Assembly: GCA_013204385.1 (NCBI GenBank)
Contig: JABMNY010000003.1
Span: 14,270-78,269 of the forward strand
From: Candidatus Uhrbacteria bacterium
GTDB taxonomy: Bacteria > Patescibacteriota > Patescibacteriia > UBA9934 > GWF2-40-263
DNA: 64,000 nt
Direction: 5' to 3'
Shown piece after piece: positions 27,240 to 35,516 of the stretch. Within the stretch, counting starts at the first letter, position 1, and the number at the start of each line of letters is the position of its first letter. Made by a program: the position numbers and the translations under genes. The notes beneath the pieces are model-generated. The model did not search any database. It was given only the letters and a program-made list of their open reading frames with translations, and was not told the DNA's origin.

Positions 27240-27285
27240 TTGCGTTCGGTTTTTGTTCGGTTCATAATACGAACATAAAGCGAAC
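27240..27285 (+). promoter_or_regulatory. lexA promoter with two candidate SOS boxes
   Basis: TTGCGT-17-CATAAT; GTTC-N7-GTTC at 27244-27258 and GAAC-N7-GAAC at 27271-27285. Confidence 0.7.
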
Positions 27286-27302
27286 ACCTAACGAGATACT
27301 GT

Positions 27303-27917
27303 ATGCCACAACTCACAAAAAAACAGTCAGCTGTGCTCGCGTTCATTCGCACACACATTGAAGAGAACGGGTATGCCCCCTCCTACAGAGAAATCGCTGA
27401 CGCATTCGGACTCTCTTCCCCCGCAACCATTCATGGCCATGTCCAGTCTCTCGTTGAAAAAGGACTTATCGTAAATGGAGATGATGGTGAAGCACGTTCA
27501 ATTGAACTCGTTCAAGAAGCCGCATCAGGATCCTCTATCCTTCTCCCCTTCATCGGACTCATTACCGCAGGAGAACCAATAGAAGCTGTCCAAGATAATG
27601 AAACGATGGCTGTCCCTGTAGACTTTGTTCTCGATGGTGCCAACTCATTTGTCTTACGTGTAAAAGGACGCTCCATGATTGAAGACGGAATTCTTGATGG
27701 AGACTATGTTGTCATCGAACGTAATCCTTCCCCACGTAACGGAGAGGTTGTCGTCGCACTTCTGGACAATGCCTTTGCAACGCTCAAGCGTTTTTACCGA
27801 GAGACAAATCGTATTCGTCTTCAACCAGCCAACAGCTCAATGGATCCAATCTACGTCCAAGACTGCATTATCCAAGGGGTGGTCCGAGCCGTCATCAGAA
27901 AGTTCCAACCCATCTAA
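27303..27917 (+). CDS. lexA: SOS repressor LexA
   Basis: PSYREIA HTH, AG cleavage site (TAGEP), VKGRSMIE (Ser), ATLKRF (Lys). Confidence 0.96.
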   Translation: MPQLTKKQSAVLAFIRTHIEENGYAPSYREIADAFGLSSPATIHGHVQSLVEKGLIVNGDDGEARSIELVQEAASGSSILLPFIGLITAGEPIEAVQDNETMAVPVDFVLDGANSFVLRVKGRSMIEDGILDGDYVVIERNPSPRNGEVVVALLDNAFATLKRFYRETNRIRLQPANSSMDPIYVQDCIIQGVVRAVIRKFQPI

Positions 27918-27929
27918 TAATAACATCCA

Positions 27930-28172
27930 ACCGTCCTTAGACTCGCGAAGCTAAGGACGGTCACCAGCTGACAATTTGAGATCCCATGATGAGACGCGTA
28001 AGGGATCACGCGTCTGACCGTGGGATTTTAGTTTGCCAATTTTCAGAATCATCGAGGCTAAAGGTCTCGCTACAATACGCGGTAACAGAGAAGACGTTAT
28101 TCTGCTTCGCTCAGAATCGTCACGCTCGTGAAACCCTCATTGTGGCCTGACCTTCATCCTTTGATGAACCTG
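27930..28172 (+). ncRNA. Candidate structured RNA downstream of lexA (unclassified)
   Basis: Three consecutive stem-loop domains; no convincing ORF. Confidence 0.35.
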
Positions 28173-28202
28173 ATCCCTTAATTCACTTACTCTTTACGTT
28201 CT

Positions 28203-28376
28203 ATGTCTACCGCCACTACACTACGCCACCACTCCAACACATTCGCCTTCCTTCCACGACAACGGGATCAACGTTTCATCAAGAGTCTTCGTGCGATCAA
28301 AATCCGAACGAGTCGCCGAAAAATCAGACAAGTCATTCGTCAAATGATCGACCACCGATCACTTAGCACCATCTAA
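28203..28376 (+). CDS. Small basic protein (57 aa), not in ORF track
   Basis: MSTATTLRHHSNTFAFLPRQRDQRFIKSLRAIKIRTSRRKIRQVIRQMIDHRSLSTI; stop 4 bp before next ATG. Confidence 0.45.
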   Translation: MSTATTLRHHSNTFAFLPRQRDQRFIKSLRAIKIRTSRRKIRQVIRQMIDHRSLSTI

Positions 28377-28380
28377 TCCT

Positions 28381-28629
28381 ATGCACGAAATGCTTAACGA
28401 TCCTATAGACGTCACTGTCGCATTCAAAGATAATCGCGTCTTTCCACGCACCATGAGATGGAACGAACGTGACTACAAAATCGAAACCGTAAACCTTGTG
28501 CATACCGCTCGCGAAGGTCAAAAACGTATATTCTATTTCTCTGTGTCAGACACAACAAATTATTTCAAACTCAAACTCGACCCAGAAATGCTCGAATGGC
28601 GATTAGTCGAACTCTATACAGATGGATAA
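28381..28629 (+). CDS. Small beta-rich protein (DUF6504-like), possible Y-family polymerase partner
   Basis: PRTMRWNERDYKI...FYFSV...EWRL pattern; lies between lexA and dinB. Confidence 0.6.
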   Translation: MHEMLNDPIDVTVAFKDNRVFPRTMRWNERDYKIETVNLVHTAREGQKRIFYFSVSDTTNYFKLKLDPEMLEWRLVELYTDG

Positions 28630-28650
28630 GAAAAAAGCACCTGATAGGTG

Positions 28651-29133
28651 CTAGCTGAGCGTATGTTCGAAATGAATGTTCGAACCTTTGACGGGTCTGA
28701 ACCCAAGCTTCTCGTAGAGGATTCGTGCCCCCTCACGTTCCTCCTCGGAAACGAGCTTGAGCAGAGAGATCTTTGGACGCACCTCCCCTGCCTGTTCGAT
28801 CAAATGTTCCATGACAGCGCGACCAAGCCCGCGACCTTCTCCGCGAAACTCAGGGTGCACCAGAACATATTCAACGTCCCCAACCCCCTTGCGCCAGTCG
28901 TAGCTGATCTTGAGCAAAGCAACAGCAACAATCTGTCGCGCACCTTTCTCTCGAATAATGCTAATGCGCGTTCGATTTGGATCCATGAGACGCGCCTGAA
29001 ACAGCGCGTCTTTGTAGTCGAGTGGACCCGACCGAAGCAGATCTTGCCCATGCTCATTCAGGAACGTTATGCAGTCTCGATAATCCCAGAGTTGAGCTTT
29101 CGAGTGAACAAATCGTTCTGGATCAAATGCCAT
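28651..29133 (-). CDS. GNAT-family acetyltransferase
   Basis: VLVHPEFRGEGRGLGRAVM and ARILYEKLGF motifs; SD GGAGGT. Confidence 0.85.
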   Translation of the reverse strand: MAFDPERFVHSKAQLWDYRDCITFLNEHGQDLLRSGPLDYKDALFQARLMDPNRTRISIIREKGARQIVAVALLKISYDWRKGVGDVEYVLVHPEFRGEGRGLGRAVMEHLIEQAGEVRPKISLLKLVSEEEREGARILYEKLGFRPVKGSNIHFEHTLS

Positions 29134-29182
29134 GAGACACCTCCGTATACAAACCCTAACATTCCAGAGCACATCGTCAACT

Positions 29183-30388
29183 ATGCATCGCATCATCCTT
29201 CACATTGACATGAACTCGTACTTTGCCTCTGTAGAGCAACAGGCGAACCCTTTTTTGCGTGGAAAACCGATTGGGATTACAGGAAAAGACCAAGAGCGCT
29301 CCGTCGTCGCAACCGCCTCTATTGAAGCTAAGAAACTTGGGGTGAAGACCGCTATGTCTACCTGGGAAGCAAAGAAGATTTGCCCTTCACTTATTCTCTA
29401 TGCCGGCGACCCAGAAAAGTACTCAGACATCATGCATCGCTTCAACGCAATTTACCAGGAGTTCACTCCACATGTGGAACCATTCAGTGTAGATGAAAGT
29501 TTTTTAGATATAACAGAAGAGGCGGAAGATTTTTTTGGAGCGACGTATATGGCTCAAATGATCCGTACACGTCTTAAAGAAGAACTCGGGAATCACATCA
29601 CCGCCTCCATCGGTATTGCCCCAAACAAACTCATGGCAAAGCTTGCGTGTGAGACTGTGAAACCAAGTGGACTCACTGTTGTTCAACCAGAAGAACTTAT
29701 CGACTTGTTGAACCGTTGTAAACTTGATGACCTCTGCGGAATCGGTCCCCGTATTCTTAAACGTTTACACGCACTTGATATTAAAACATTCGCAGAACTA
29801 CGTGCATGCCCACTTGAGGATCTTCAACGTGAATTTAAGAGCTACGGTCTTTGGCTTCACGAAGCCGCTTACGGACGAGACTCTTCACAAGGAGTGAATG
29901 CGAATTCTTCAGACGCAAAATCTTACGGACATTCCTATACACTGCCAGAGAATACTCAAGATCAAACAGTACTCAAACGTTATCTCTTTGGACTCGCCGA
30001 CAAAGTTGGTTGGCGCATGCGTCGAGATGGAGTTGTTGCGCGTCGCATTACCGCCCATGTGCGGTTTGGAGATTTTACAAGTCATAGTGAACAACGAACG
30101 GTGAATACTCCAACAGCAGACGGCATGGATCTTTTTAAAATTTCCTGGAACATCGTAAAACCCCTACTCACAAGCGATGTACGTCTTGTCGGTCTCTCCG
30201 CCTCTATGCTTACAAAAAATCCTAGCCAACCGTCCCTATTCAAAAAAGAACGGAACATGCAGTCCGTCCTATGTGCGCTCGATTCTCTCCAACACCGCTA
30301 TGGCACAGGTGTCTGGAAACGAGGTGCAACACTCCCCCTCAACCTCAAACAACGCTCAAGCGGCTTCCATTTTGATCATGAAGTGTAG
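29183..30388 (+). CDS. dinB: DNA polymerase IV (Y-family)
   Basis: HIDMNSYFASVEQ, SVDESFLD, SIGIAPNKLMAKLA, GIGPR motifs. Confidence 0.93.
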   Translation: MHRIILHIDMNSYFASVEQQANPFLRGKPIGITGKDQERSVVATASIEAKKLGVKTAMSTWEAKKICPSLILYAGDPEKYSDIMHRFNAIYQEFTPHVEPFSVDESFLDITEEAEDFFGATYMAQMIRTRLKEELGNHITASIGIAPNKLMAKLACETVKPSGLTVVQPEELIDLLNRCKLDDLCGIGPRILKRLHALDIKTFAELRACPLEDLQREFKSYGLWLHEAAYGRDSSQGVNANSSDAKSYGHSYTLPENTQDQTVLKRYLFGLADKVGWRMRRDGVVARRITAHVRFGDFTSHSEQRTVNTPTADGMDLFKISWNIVKPLLTSDVRLVGLSASMLTKNPSQPSLFKKERNMQSVLCALDSLQHRYGTGVWKRGATLPLNLKQRSSGFHFDHEV

Positions 30389-30536
30389 AGAGTGAACTTA
30401 AGAAGTTCCTCTTCTTAAGTTCCGAACGAAGCGAAGTGATCTGTTCTACAGATCATGAAGTGTAGTGAGCGAGTTCATAAAGTTCCTCTTTATGAATTCC
30501 GAACGGAACGCCATGACTTGTTCTACAGATCATGAA
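30374..30536. repeat. 77-bp tandem repeat (2 units plus 9-bp third start) with internal hairpin
   Basis: gatcatgaa recurs at 30374, 30451 and 30528; units share tgtag...ttctaca ends and a ttcct loop. Confidence 0.85.
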
Positions 30537-30538
30537 CT

Positions 30539-31093
30539 CTAGCCTCCAAACTCACCAATCACTTTATGCGTTCCTGGACCCGCGTCTCCGTCGTAGGCAT
30601 TTACCGTCACAATAATATGTCCATACCCCGAATAATCCTCTGTGTCTGGCGCCTGCCACTCAATCACAAAATATCCATCCTCGTCCGTGGTCATTTCCCC
30701 AAGAGAAAAGAACTCATACGGGAGTCGACGTAATAACCATACTTGATAATAATGCACCTCCCGATCAATCTCTGGGAGTGTCATTTTCATTTCCACGTAA
30801 TACTTGCCATCTTTTTCTCCTCGGCTCGCCGAGCCAACACGCGCATTTGATGATTTCCAATACAACTCCGCATCCCGACTCACTGTATCAATGGCTCCAT
30901 CAATCACCGCTTGCGAAATTGGATCTGGTTTCAACACGTCGACAATCGACGACACAACCTCTTCCTCAGGAATCGGCTCCGCCCGAAACCATTTCACCGC
31001 AATAATAAACACCAAAAACAACACGATCACAACGCCCACAGAACCAACTGCGGAGCTGACGCGGACTATTTTCTTATGCTGTTTTTGTCCCAT
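30539..31093 (-). CDS. Membrane-anchored protein with RskA C-terminal-like domain
   Basis: TM helix; TLPEID...YYQVWL...SLGEM...IIVTV pattern. Confidence 0.5.
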   Translation of the reverse strand: MGQKQHKKIVRVSSAVGSVGVVIVLFLVFIIAVKWFRAEPIPEEEVVSSIVDVLKPDPISQAVIDGAIDTVSRDAELYWKSSNARVGSASRGEKDGKYYVEMKMTLPEIDREVHYYQVWLLRRLPYEFFSLGEMTTDEDGYFVIEWQAPDTEDYSGYGHIIVTVNAYDGDAGPGTHKVIGEFGG

Positions 31094-31096
31094 ATT

Positions 31097-32239
31097 CTAA
31101 GCTGCCTTCTTCACCGCTTCTGCCACAACGTCCGCAAGTCCAGGAACAAATGGAGAAGGCATAATTGTCTCGGCTGTTGGATCTGGAACCAGACCAGCTA
31201 ATGCATGCGCGGCAGCAACACGCATGGCGGGTGTAATCTTTCGTAGCCGTCCTTCAAGCGCCCCTTTGAAAATTCCAGGAAATGCTAAGACGTTATTTAC
31301 CTGATTTGGGAAATCTGATCGTCCTGTCGCAATAACAAACGCTCCCCCCTCCTTTGCAATGTCCGGCATAATCTCAGGAATAGGGTTCGAGAGCGCAAAG
31401 ATGATCGCTCTCGGTGCCATTGTTTGTACCATTTGTGCAGTGACAAGTCCTGGCTGGCTCACCCCAATAAAAACGTCTGCCCCAAGAAGCGCATCCTCTA
31501 ACGTTCCTGTGCGTCCTTCTGGATTAATCCGAGCAGCAAGCTCTTCTTTGTACGTGTTCATTCCTTCTCGACCAGGGGCAATGATTCCTTTTGAATCCAA
31601 CATAGCTAACTTCTGCATCCCTGCTTCAAACAATAAATGCGCGATCCCCATCCCTCCTGCACCAGCTCCAGAAATAACAACAGAAATATCTTCGATGTTC
31701 TTCCCAACCACTTTGAGTGCATTCAAAAGCCCAGCCAAAACCACCACAGCCGTTCCATGCTGATCGTCATGCATCACCGGAATATCAAGTTCTTCAATCA
31801 ACCGTCGCTCAACTTCAAAGCACGCCGGTGCAGCGATATCTTCAAGATTAATTCCTCCAAAACCTGGAGCAATGCGCTTTACCGTCTCGACAATCTCATC
31901 GACATCTTGTGTATTCAAACAAATGGGAAACGCATCGAGTCCTGCAAAGCGCTTAAACAAAATAGCTTTCCCTTCCATGACAGGAAGACCAGCTTCTGGT
32001 CCAATATTCCCAAGCCCAAGCACGGCAGACCCATCAGTTACAATGGCAACCGTATGTCCTTTCATGGTGAGATCCCAGGCACGCTCCTTATCTGCGGCGA
32101 TTACGCGACAAGGTTCCGCCACACCAGGGGTATAGGCGATTGAAAGATCCTCTTTCGTCTCAAGCGGAACACTCGACTTAATTTCAAGCTTTCCTCCATA
32201 CCGCTTATGCATGTCCAATGACGCAATATCGTAATTCAT
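31097..32239 (-). CDS. NAD(P)-dependent malic enzyme
   Basis: AYTPGVA, VTDGSAVLGLGNIG, NLEDI, HDDQHGTA, TGRSDFPNQVNN motifs. Confidence 0.93.
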   Translation of the reverse strand: MNYDIASLDMHKRYGGKLEIKSSVPLETKEDLSIAYTPGVAEPCRVIAADKERAWDLTMKGHTVAIVTDGSAVLGLGNIGPEAGLPVMEGKAILFKRFAGLDAFPICLNTQDVDEIVETVKRIAPGFGGINLEDIAAPACFEVERRLIEELDIPVMHDDQHGTAVVVLAGLLNALKVVGKNIEDISVVISGAGAGGMGIAHLLFEAGMQKLAMLDSKGIIAPGREGMNTYKEELAARINPEGRTGTLEDALLGADVFIGVSQPGLVTAQMVQTMAPRAIIFALSNPIPEIMPDIAKEGGAFVIATGRSDFPNQVNNVLAFPGIFKGALEGRLRKITPAMRVAAAHALAGLVPDPTAETIMPSPFVPGLADVVAEAVKKAA

Positions 32240-32251
32240 AATCAATAAGTG

Positions 32252-32815
32252 CTAATTGAAAATATCTGGTGGAAGTTTGTCTGGCCATCTTTTTGTCTCT
32301 CGAGCAATCGCAAATGCCCAAACGAGATGTCCAATGCGCACATTTCCTTTTTCAAACGGACAAATTTCCTGAAACTCTCTGCAAAACTCAGTCGGAGTCA
32401 TGCGATGAAGATTATTCTGATCAAGAGGCCCAGCCAATTCCTTTAAAAACCTCTTCATTAAGCGAGGAACTTCCTGAGCAGATGCTCTTCGATTTCCATT
32501 TGTAGCCTTGATTTCGCTTGTCCGATACCCTTTATTTTGTTTCTCAATGAATTCAGCCCACTTCAAAAGACATTCTTCCAGTTGATCCTTTGTGAGAGGA
32601 GCCCCTTCAATATACCCTGTCGCTAACTGTTTCGCCTCAAGATACGCTTGCGCGAACGCTTCTATTCTCGCACGTTCTACTGTGTCTTGATTTTCTGATT
32701 GCACAAGAATCAATTCTCTATCACACAGATCTAATCCGTCTGGAAAATGGACTGTGGAGTGCTGTTCGGCAGTTGAAACCGGTCCTTTATGATCATGCAT
32801 ATCAAAGTTCATCAA
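32252..32815 (-). CDS. Fic-domain-like protein with degenerate motif
   Basis: GYRTSEI...EVPRLM...FQEICPFEKGNVRIGH, compared with canonical HPFxDGNGR. Confidence 0.65.
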   Translation of the reverse strand: MMNFDMHDHKGPVSTAEQHSTVHFPDGLDLCDRELILVQSENQDTVERARIEAFAQAYLEAKQLATGYIEGAPLTKDQLEECLLKWAEFIEKQNKGYRTSEIKATNGNRRASAQEVPRLMKRFLKELAGPLDQNNLHRMTPTEFCREFQEICPFEKGNVRIGHLVWAFAIARETKRWPDKLPPDIFN

Positions 32816-34904
32816 TATCTCTTAAAAAACTCATTCCGGTGGTTGGTTTCTTTTTCACGCGTTCTCCTAAATCATCAAACACAATCGTGGGTCCCTCATC
32901 GACCCACTCATCGTTTGAGAACGATCCGTACGAAGGCTTTGACACACTCGCCTTTAATTTAATCTCTTCTAAAAGCTCCCTTGGAAGCTCTTGTAAGAAC
33001 ATCGAAGGCTGACTAAGCATGAGTGTATCGTATCCAGAGGTAATCGGATAGGTATAAAACAAATGCTTTTTGGCTCGTGTTGTGGCGACATAAAAGAGTC
33101 GTCGCTCTTCCTCAAGTCCTCCTTTTTCATCAAGTGCCGCTCCAATTGGGAACTTTCCGTCAACGAGATGCATGATAAAGACCGCAGACCACTCCAATCC
33201 TTTTGACTGATGAATTGTAGAAAGCACCATCTTCTCTTCTTCAAACACGCTCCCATCCTCACGGAGTGCTCCATACTCCCCTGTGAGCGCGACCTCATCT
33301 AGGAATTTCTGCAAACTTGTATATCCTTCCGCAAACAGGGCAAACTGTTCGATATCCTCAAGACGATCCATAAAATCAGGATACTCCGCCTCGATGTAGT
33401 CTCGATAGTCTCCCGTGACAACAGCGCGAATGAGCTCCGAAGGTCGTTCTTCATCCCTCATGAGTACAAGGGTCTTTGCAAGATTATTCCATCCAATCTG
33501 TGCACGCTTTGGAACACGCGGCTGTGAATGCAAAATTTCATCAAGAGTCGTGAATTGTTTGAACACGGATGCCATTTTTTCCGCAGTCACAAGTCCGACA
33601 CCTGGAATCAATGAGAGAACGCGCATCCACGCCATCTCGTCTTTTGGATTCATTTTCACCCGCAAATGCGCAACCAGATCTTTCACATGCGCGCGCTCAA
33701 AGAACTTGAGTCCCCCGCGATACTCATACGGAATATCTCTACGCATCAATTCAAACTCCAACTGCTGAGAATGAAATGCTGCACGAAACAACACGGCTGT
33801 TTCTGAAAGCGGAACCCCCTCGTCCCGCAGGGCTAAAATGCGCTGTGCAATAAACTGTGCTTCTTGTGCCGCATTCTGTGCTGGCACAATGTTTGGTTTC
33901 TCAAAAGACGCCAGAACGGCCCCAAGTTCTTTTTTAAACTGTTCTCGATTTTGAAGAATCGTATTGTTTGCGACCGCCAAAATCTCAGGGGTGGAACGAT
34001 AGTTCGTAACAAGTCGAAATGTTTTTGTATTGTTGTAGGTTTGCGGAAACCCAAGAATATTCTTGATCTCTGCCGCACGAAAAGAATAAATCGACTGTGC
34101 ATCGTCTCCGACCACTAATACATTTCCATGTACACTCGCAAGCTGTCGAATAATATCCGCTTGAATGACATTCGTATCCTGATACTCATCCACCAAGATA
34201 TACTCAAACTGCTGTCCGAGTCTTTGACGCACCCCCTCGTTTGTAAACAACAGCTCTCGCAACTTCAAAAGCAGATCATCAAAATCCATCGAATCTGACT
34301 CACGCTTGCGAGACGCATACAGTTCCGCAATACGCTCAATCGTCGAACTCATCTCAATAAAACTTGGATAGCGCGTCTCAAGCACATCGATCATCGGTTG
34401 CCCAGAGTTTTTCGCGTAACTAATAATTCCATTGAGCTTAGCTGGCGATGGAAATCGTCGTGAAGTGGTATCGATCTTAAGCGCCTTGATACAGACCTTC
34501 ACTAGTGCCTTTGCGTCTTCCTGATCGAGAATTGTGAAGTTCGATGTGTGCCCAATCTCAGGAGCGTAAATCCGAAGCAGTCTGTTCGCAATCGAATGGA
34601 ACGTTCCACCCCACAATCCTTTGGGTTTACGACCAAGCAAACTCTCCACGCGCTCCATCATTTCTTTTGCCGCCTTGTTCGTAAACGTCACAAGCAAAAT
34701 ACTCTCTGGACTCACCCCTCGCTCAAGCAAATACGCCACACGATAGGTAATGGTCCGAGTCTTTCCGGACCCTGCCCCTGCCAACACGAGAGCTGGCCCA
34801 TCCCCATGCAAAACCACCTCTAATTGCTCCGCATTCAATTCCTTTTGATAATCAATGTTTGCCTTCGATAGGTCAAAATCATCATGTAACACGAATTCTT
34901 TCAT
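32802..34904 (-). CDS. pcrA: UvrD/PcrA-family DNA helicase
   Basis: LAGAGSGKT, TFTNKAA, VDEYQD, VGDDAQSIYSFR, NYRS, STIHQSKGLEW, EERRLFYVATTRAK. Confidence 0.92.
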   Translation of the reverse strand: MKEFVLHDDFDLSKANIDYQKELNAEQLEVVLHGDGPALVLAGAGSGKTRTITYRVAYLLERGVSPESILLVTFTNKAAKEMMERVESLLGRKPKGLWGGTFHSIANRLLRIYAPEIGHTSNFTILDQEDAKALVKVCIKALKIDTTSRRFPSPAKLNGIISYAKNSGQPMIDVLETRYPSFIEMSSTIERIAELYASRKRESDSMDFDDLLLKLRELLFTNEGVRQRLGQQFEYILVDEYQDTNVIQADIIRQLASVHGNVLVVGDDAQSIYSFRAAEIKNILGFPQTYNNTKTFRLVTNYRSTPEILAVANNTILQNREQFKKELGAVLASFEKPNIVPAQNAAQEAQFIAQRILALRDEGVPLSETAVLFRAAFHSQQLEFELMRRDIPYEYRGGLKFFERAHVKDLVAHLRVKMNPKDEMAWMRVLSLIPGVGLVTAEKMASVFKQFTTLDEILHSQPRVPKRAQIGWNNLAKTLVLMRDEERPSELIRAVVTGDYRDYIEAEYPDFMDRLEDIEQFALFAEGYTSLQKFLDEVALTGEYGALREDGSVFEEEKMVLSTIHQSKGLEWSAVFIMHLVDGKFPIGAALDEKGGLEEERRLFYVATTRAKKHLFYTYPITSGYDTLMLSQPSMFLQELPRELLEEIKLKASVSKPSYGSFSNDEWVDEGPTIVFDDLGERVKKKPTTGMSFLRDIDEL

Positions 34905-34907
34905 ACC

Positions 34908-34990
34908 CAGCAAGACAACTTTTTAGATAACAATCCGAATGCCCATTTGCAAGATATCTTTCTTTAAATAAAGAAAAAGTTGTCTTACTG
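34908..34990. repeat. 83-bp segment bounded by 17-bp inverted repeats in the pcrA upstream region
   Basis: cagcaagacaacttttt ... aaaaagttgtcttactg (16/17 match). Confidence 0.6.
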
Positions 34991-35112
34991 AGCATAGCCG
35001 TGCCATTTTAGCATACAACCCTGTTTGGATTGACAAAATCAAGATTTTCAGGTATAAAATCGTCTCGATTCTGGAAAATCCTCACCCCCCCAGTAAATCG
35101 AGTGGAGACCTC

Positions 35113-35253
35113 ATGAACGGATGGACCGCAGCAACAGTGATCACTCTCACGATCGTGGTCGGAATGGTCGCATGGTTGACCAACGAACCCTGGGTCGCAT
35201 TGGCATTCCTCCTGCCCGCAGGAATTGCCTGGCAAGCAGTCTTTAGTCGCTGA
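35113..35253 (+). CDS. 46-aa hydrophobic small protein, not in ORF track
   Basis: MNGWTAATVITLTIVVGMVAWLTNEPWVALAFLLPAGIAWQAVFSR; TTGACA-17-TATAAA promoter at 35030-35058, GGAG SD, downstream terminator. Confidence 0.65.
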   Translation: MNGWTAATVITLTIVVGMVAWLTNEPWVALAFLLPAGIAWQAVFSR

Positions 35254-35284
35254 CCTGACTGCACACTCCCAGCGACCAACGGCA

Positions 35285-35322
35285 ACCTGCCCACCTTAGC
35301 TTTTCGAGCAACGGTGGGTTTT
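35285..35322 (+). terminator. Terminator, repeated family copy 1
   Basis: acctgcccaccttagcttttcgagcaacggtgggtttt; 34/38 identical to 61672-61709. Confidence 0.75.
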
Positions 35323-35404
35323 TTCTTTTTCAAAAAATTCCTGGCTACCATAAATATGGACTCAATAAAGTTGTAATTTCGACTAACGACTTATCAAGAA
35401 AACT

Positions 35405-35436
35405 CAACCAGGTCGGGGGCTGAGCCGCCGACAAAT
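35405..35436 (-). repeat. 32-bp REP-like hairpin, copy 2
   Basis: Exact reverse complement of 21420-21451. Confidence 0.85.
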
Positions 35437-35516
35437 TAGGGAAAATAAAAACCCTTCGCCAGAGCGAGGGGTGTGCGTTTAGTCCTGTATAGAGTCGGAT
35501 GTGGTGACCTTGTTGG

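Noticed and set aside
27986-28017. Box C/D RNA or hammerhead ribozyme (ATGATGA...CTGA)
   Set aside because: Flanking stem register does not fit a canonical K-turn and the hammerhead CUGANGA/GAAA core is incomplete; kept only as part of the unclassified structured region
28648-29208. 186-aa plus-strand ORF between the 82-aa gene and dinB
   Set aside because: The opposite strand has clear GNAT motifs, SD and terminator; the plus frame has no recognisable features
30374-30536. Possible CRISPR mini-array
   Set aside because: Units are homologous along their whole length with no unique spacers; only two units; no cas genes recognised
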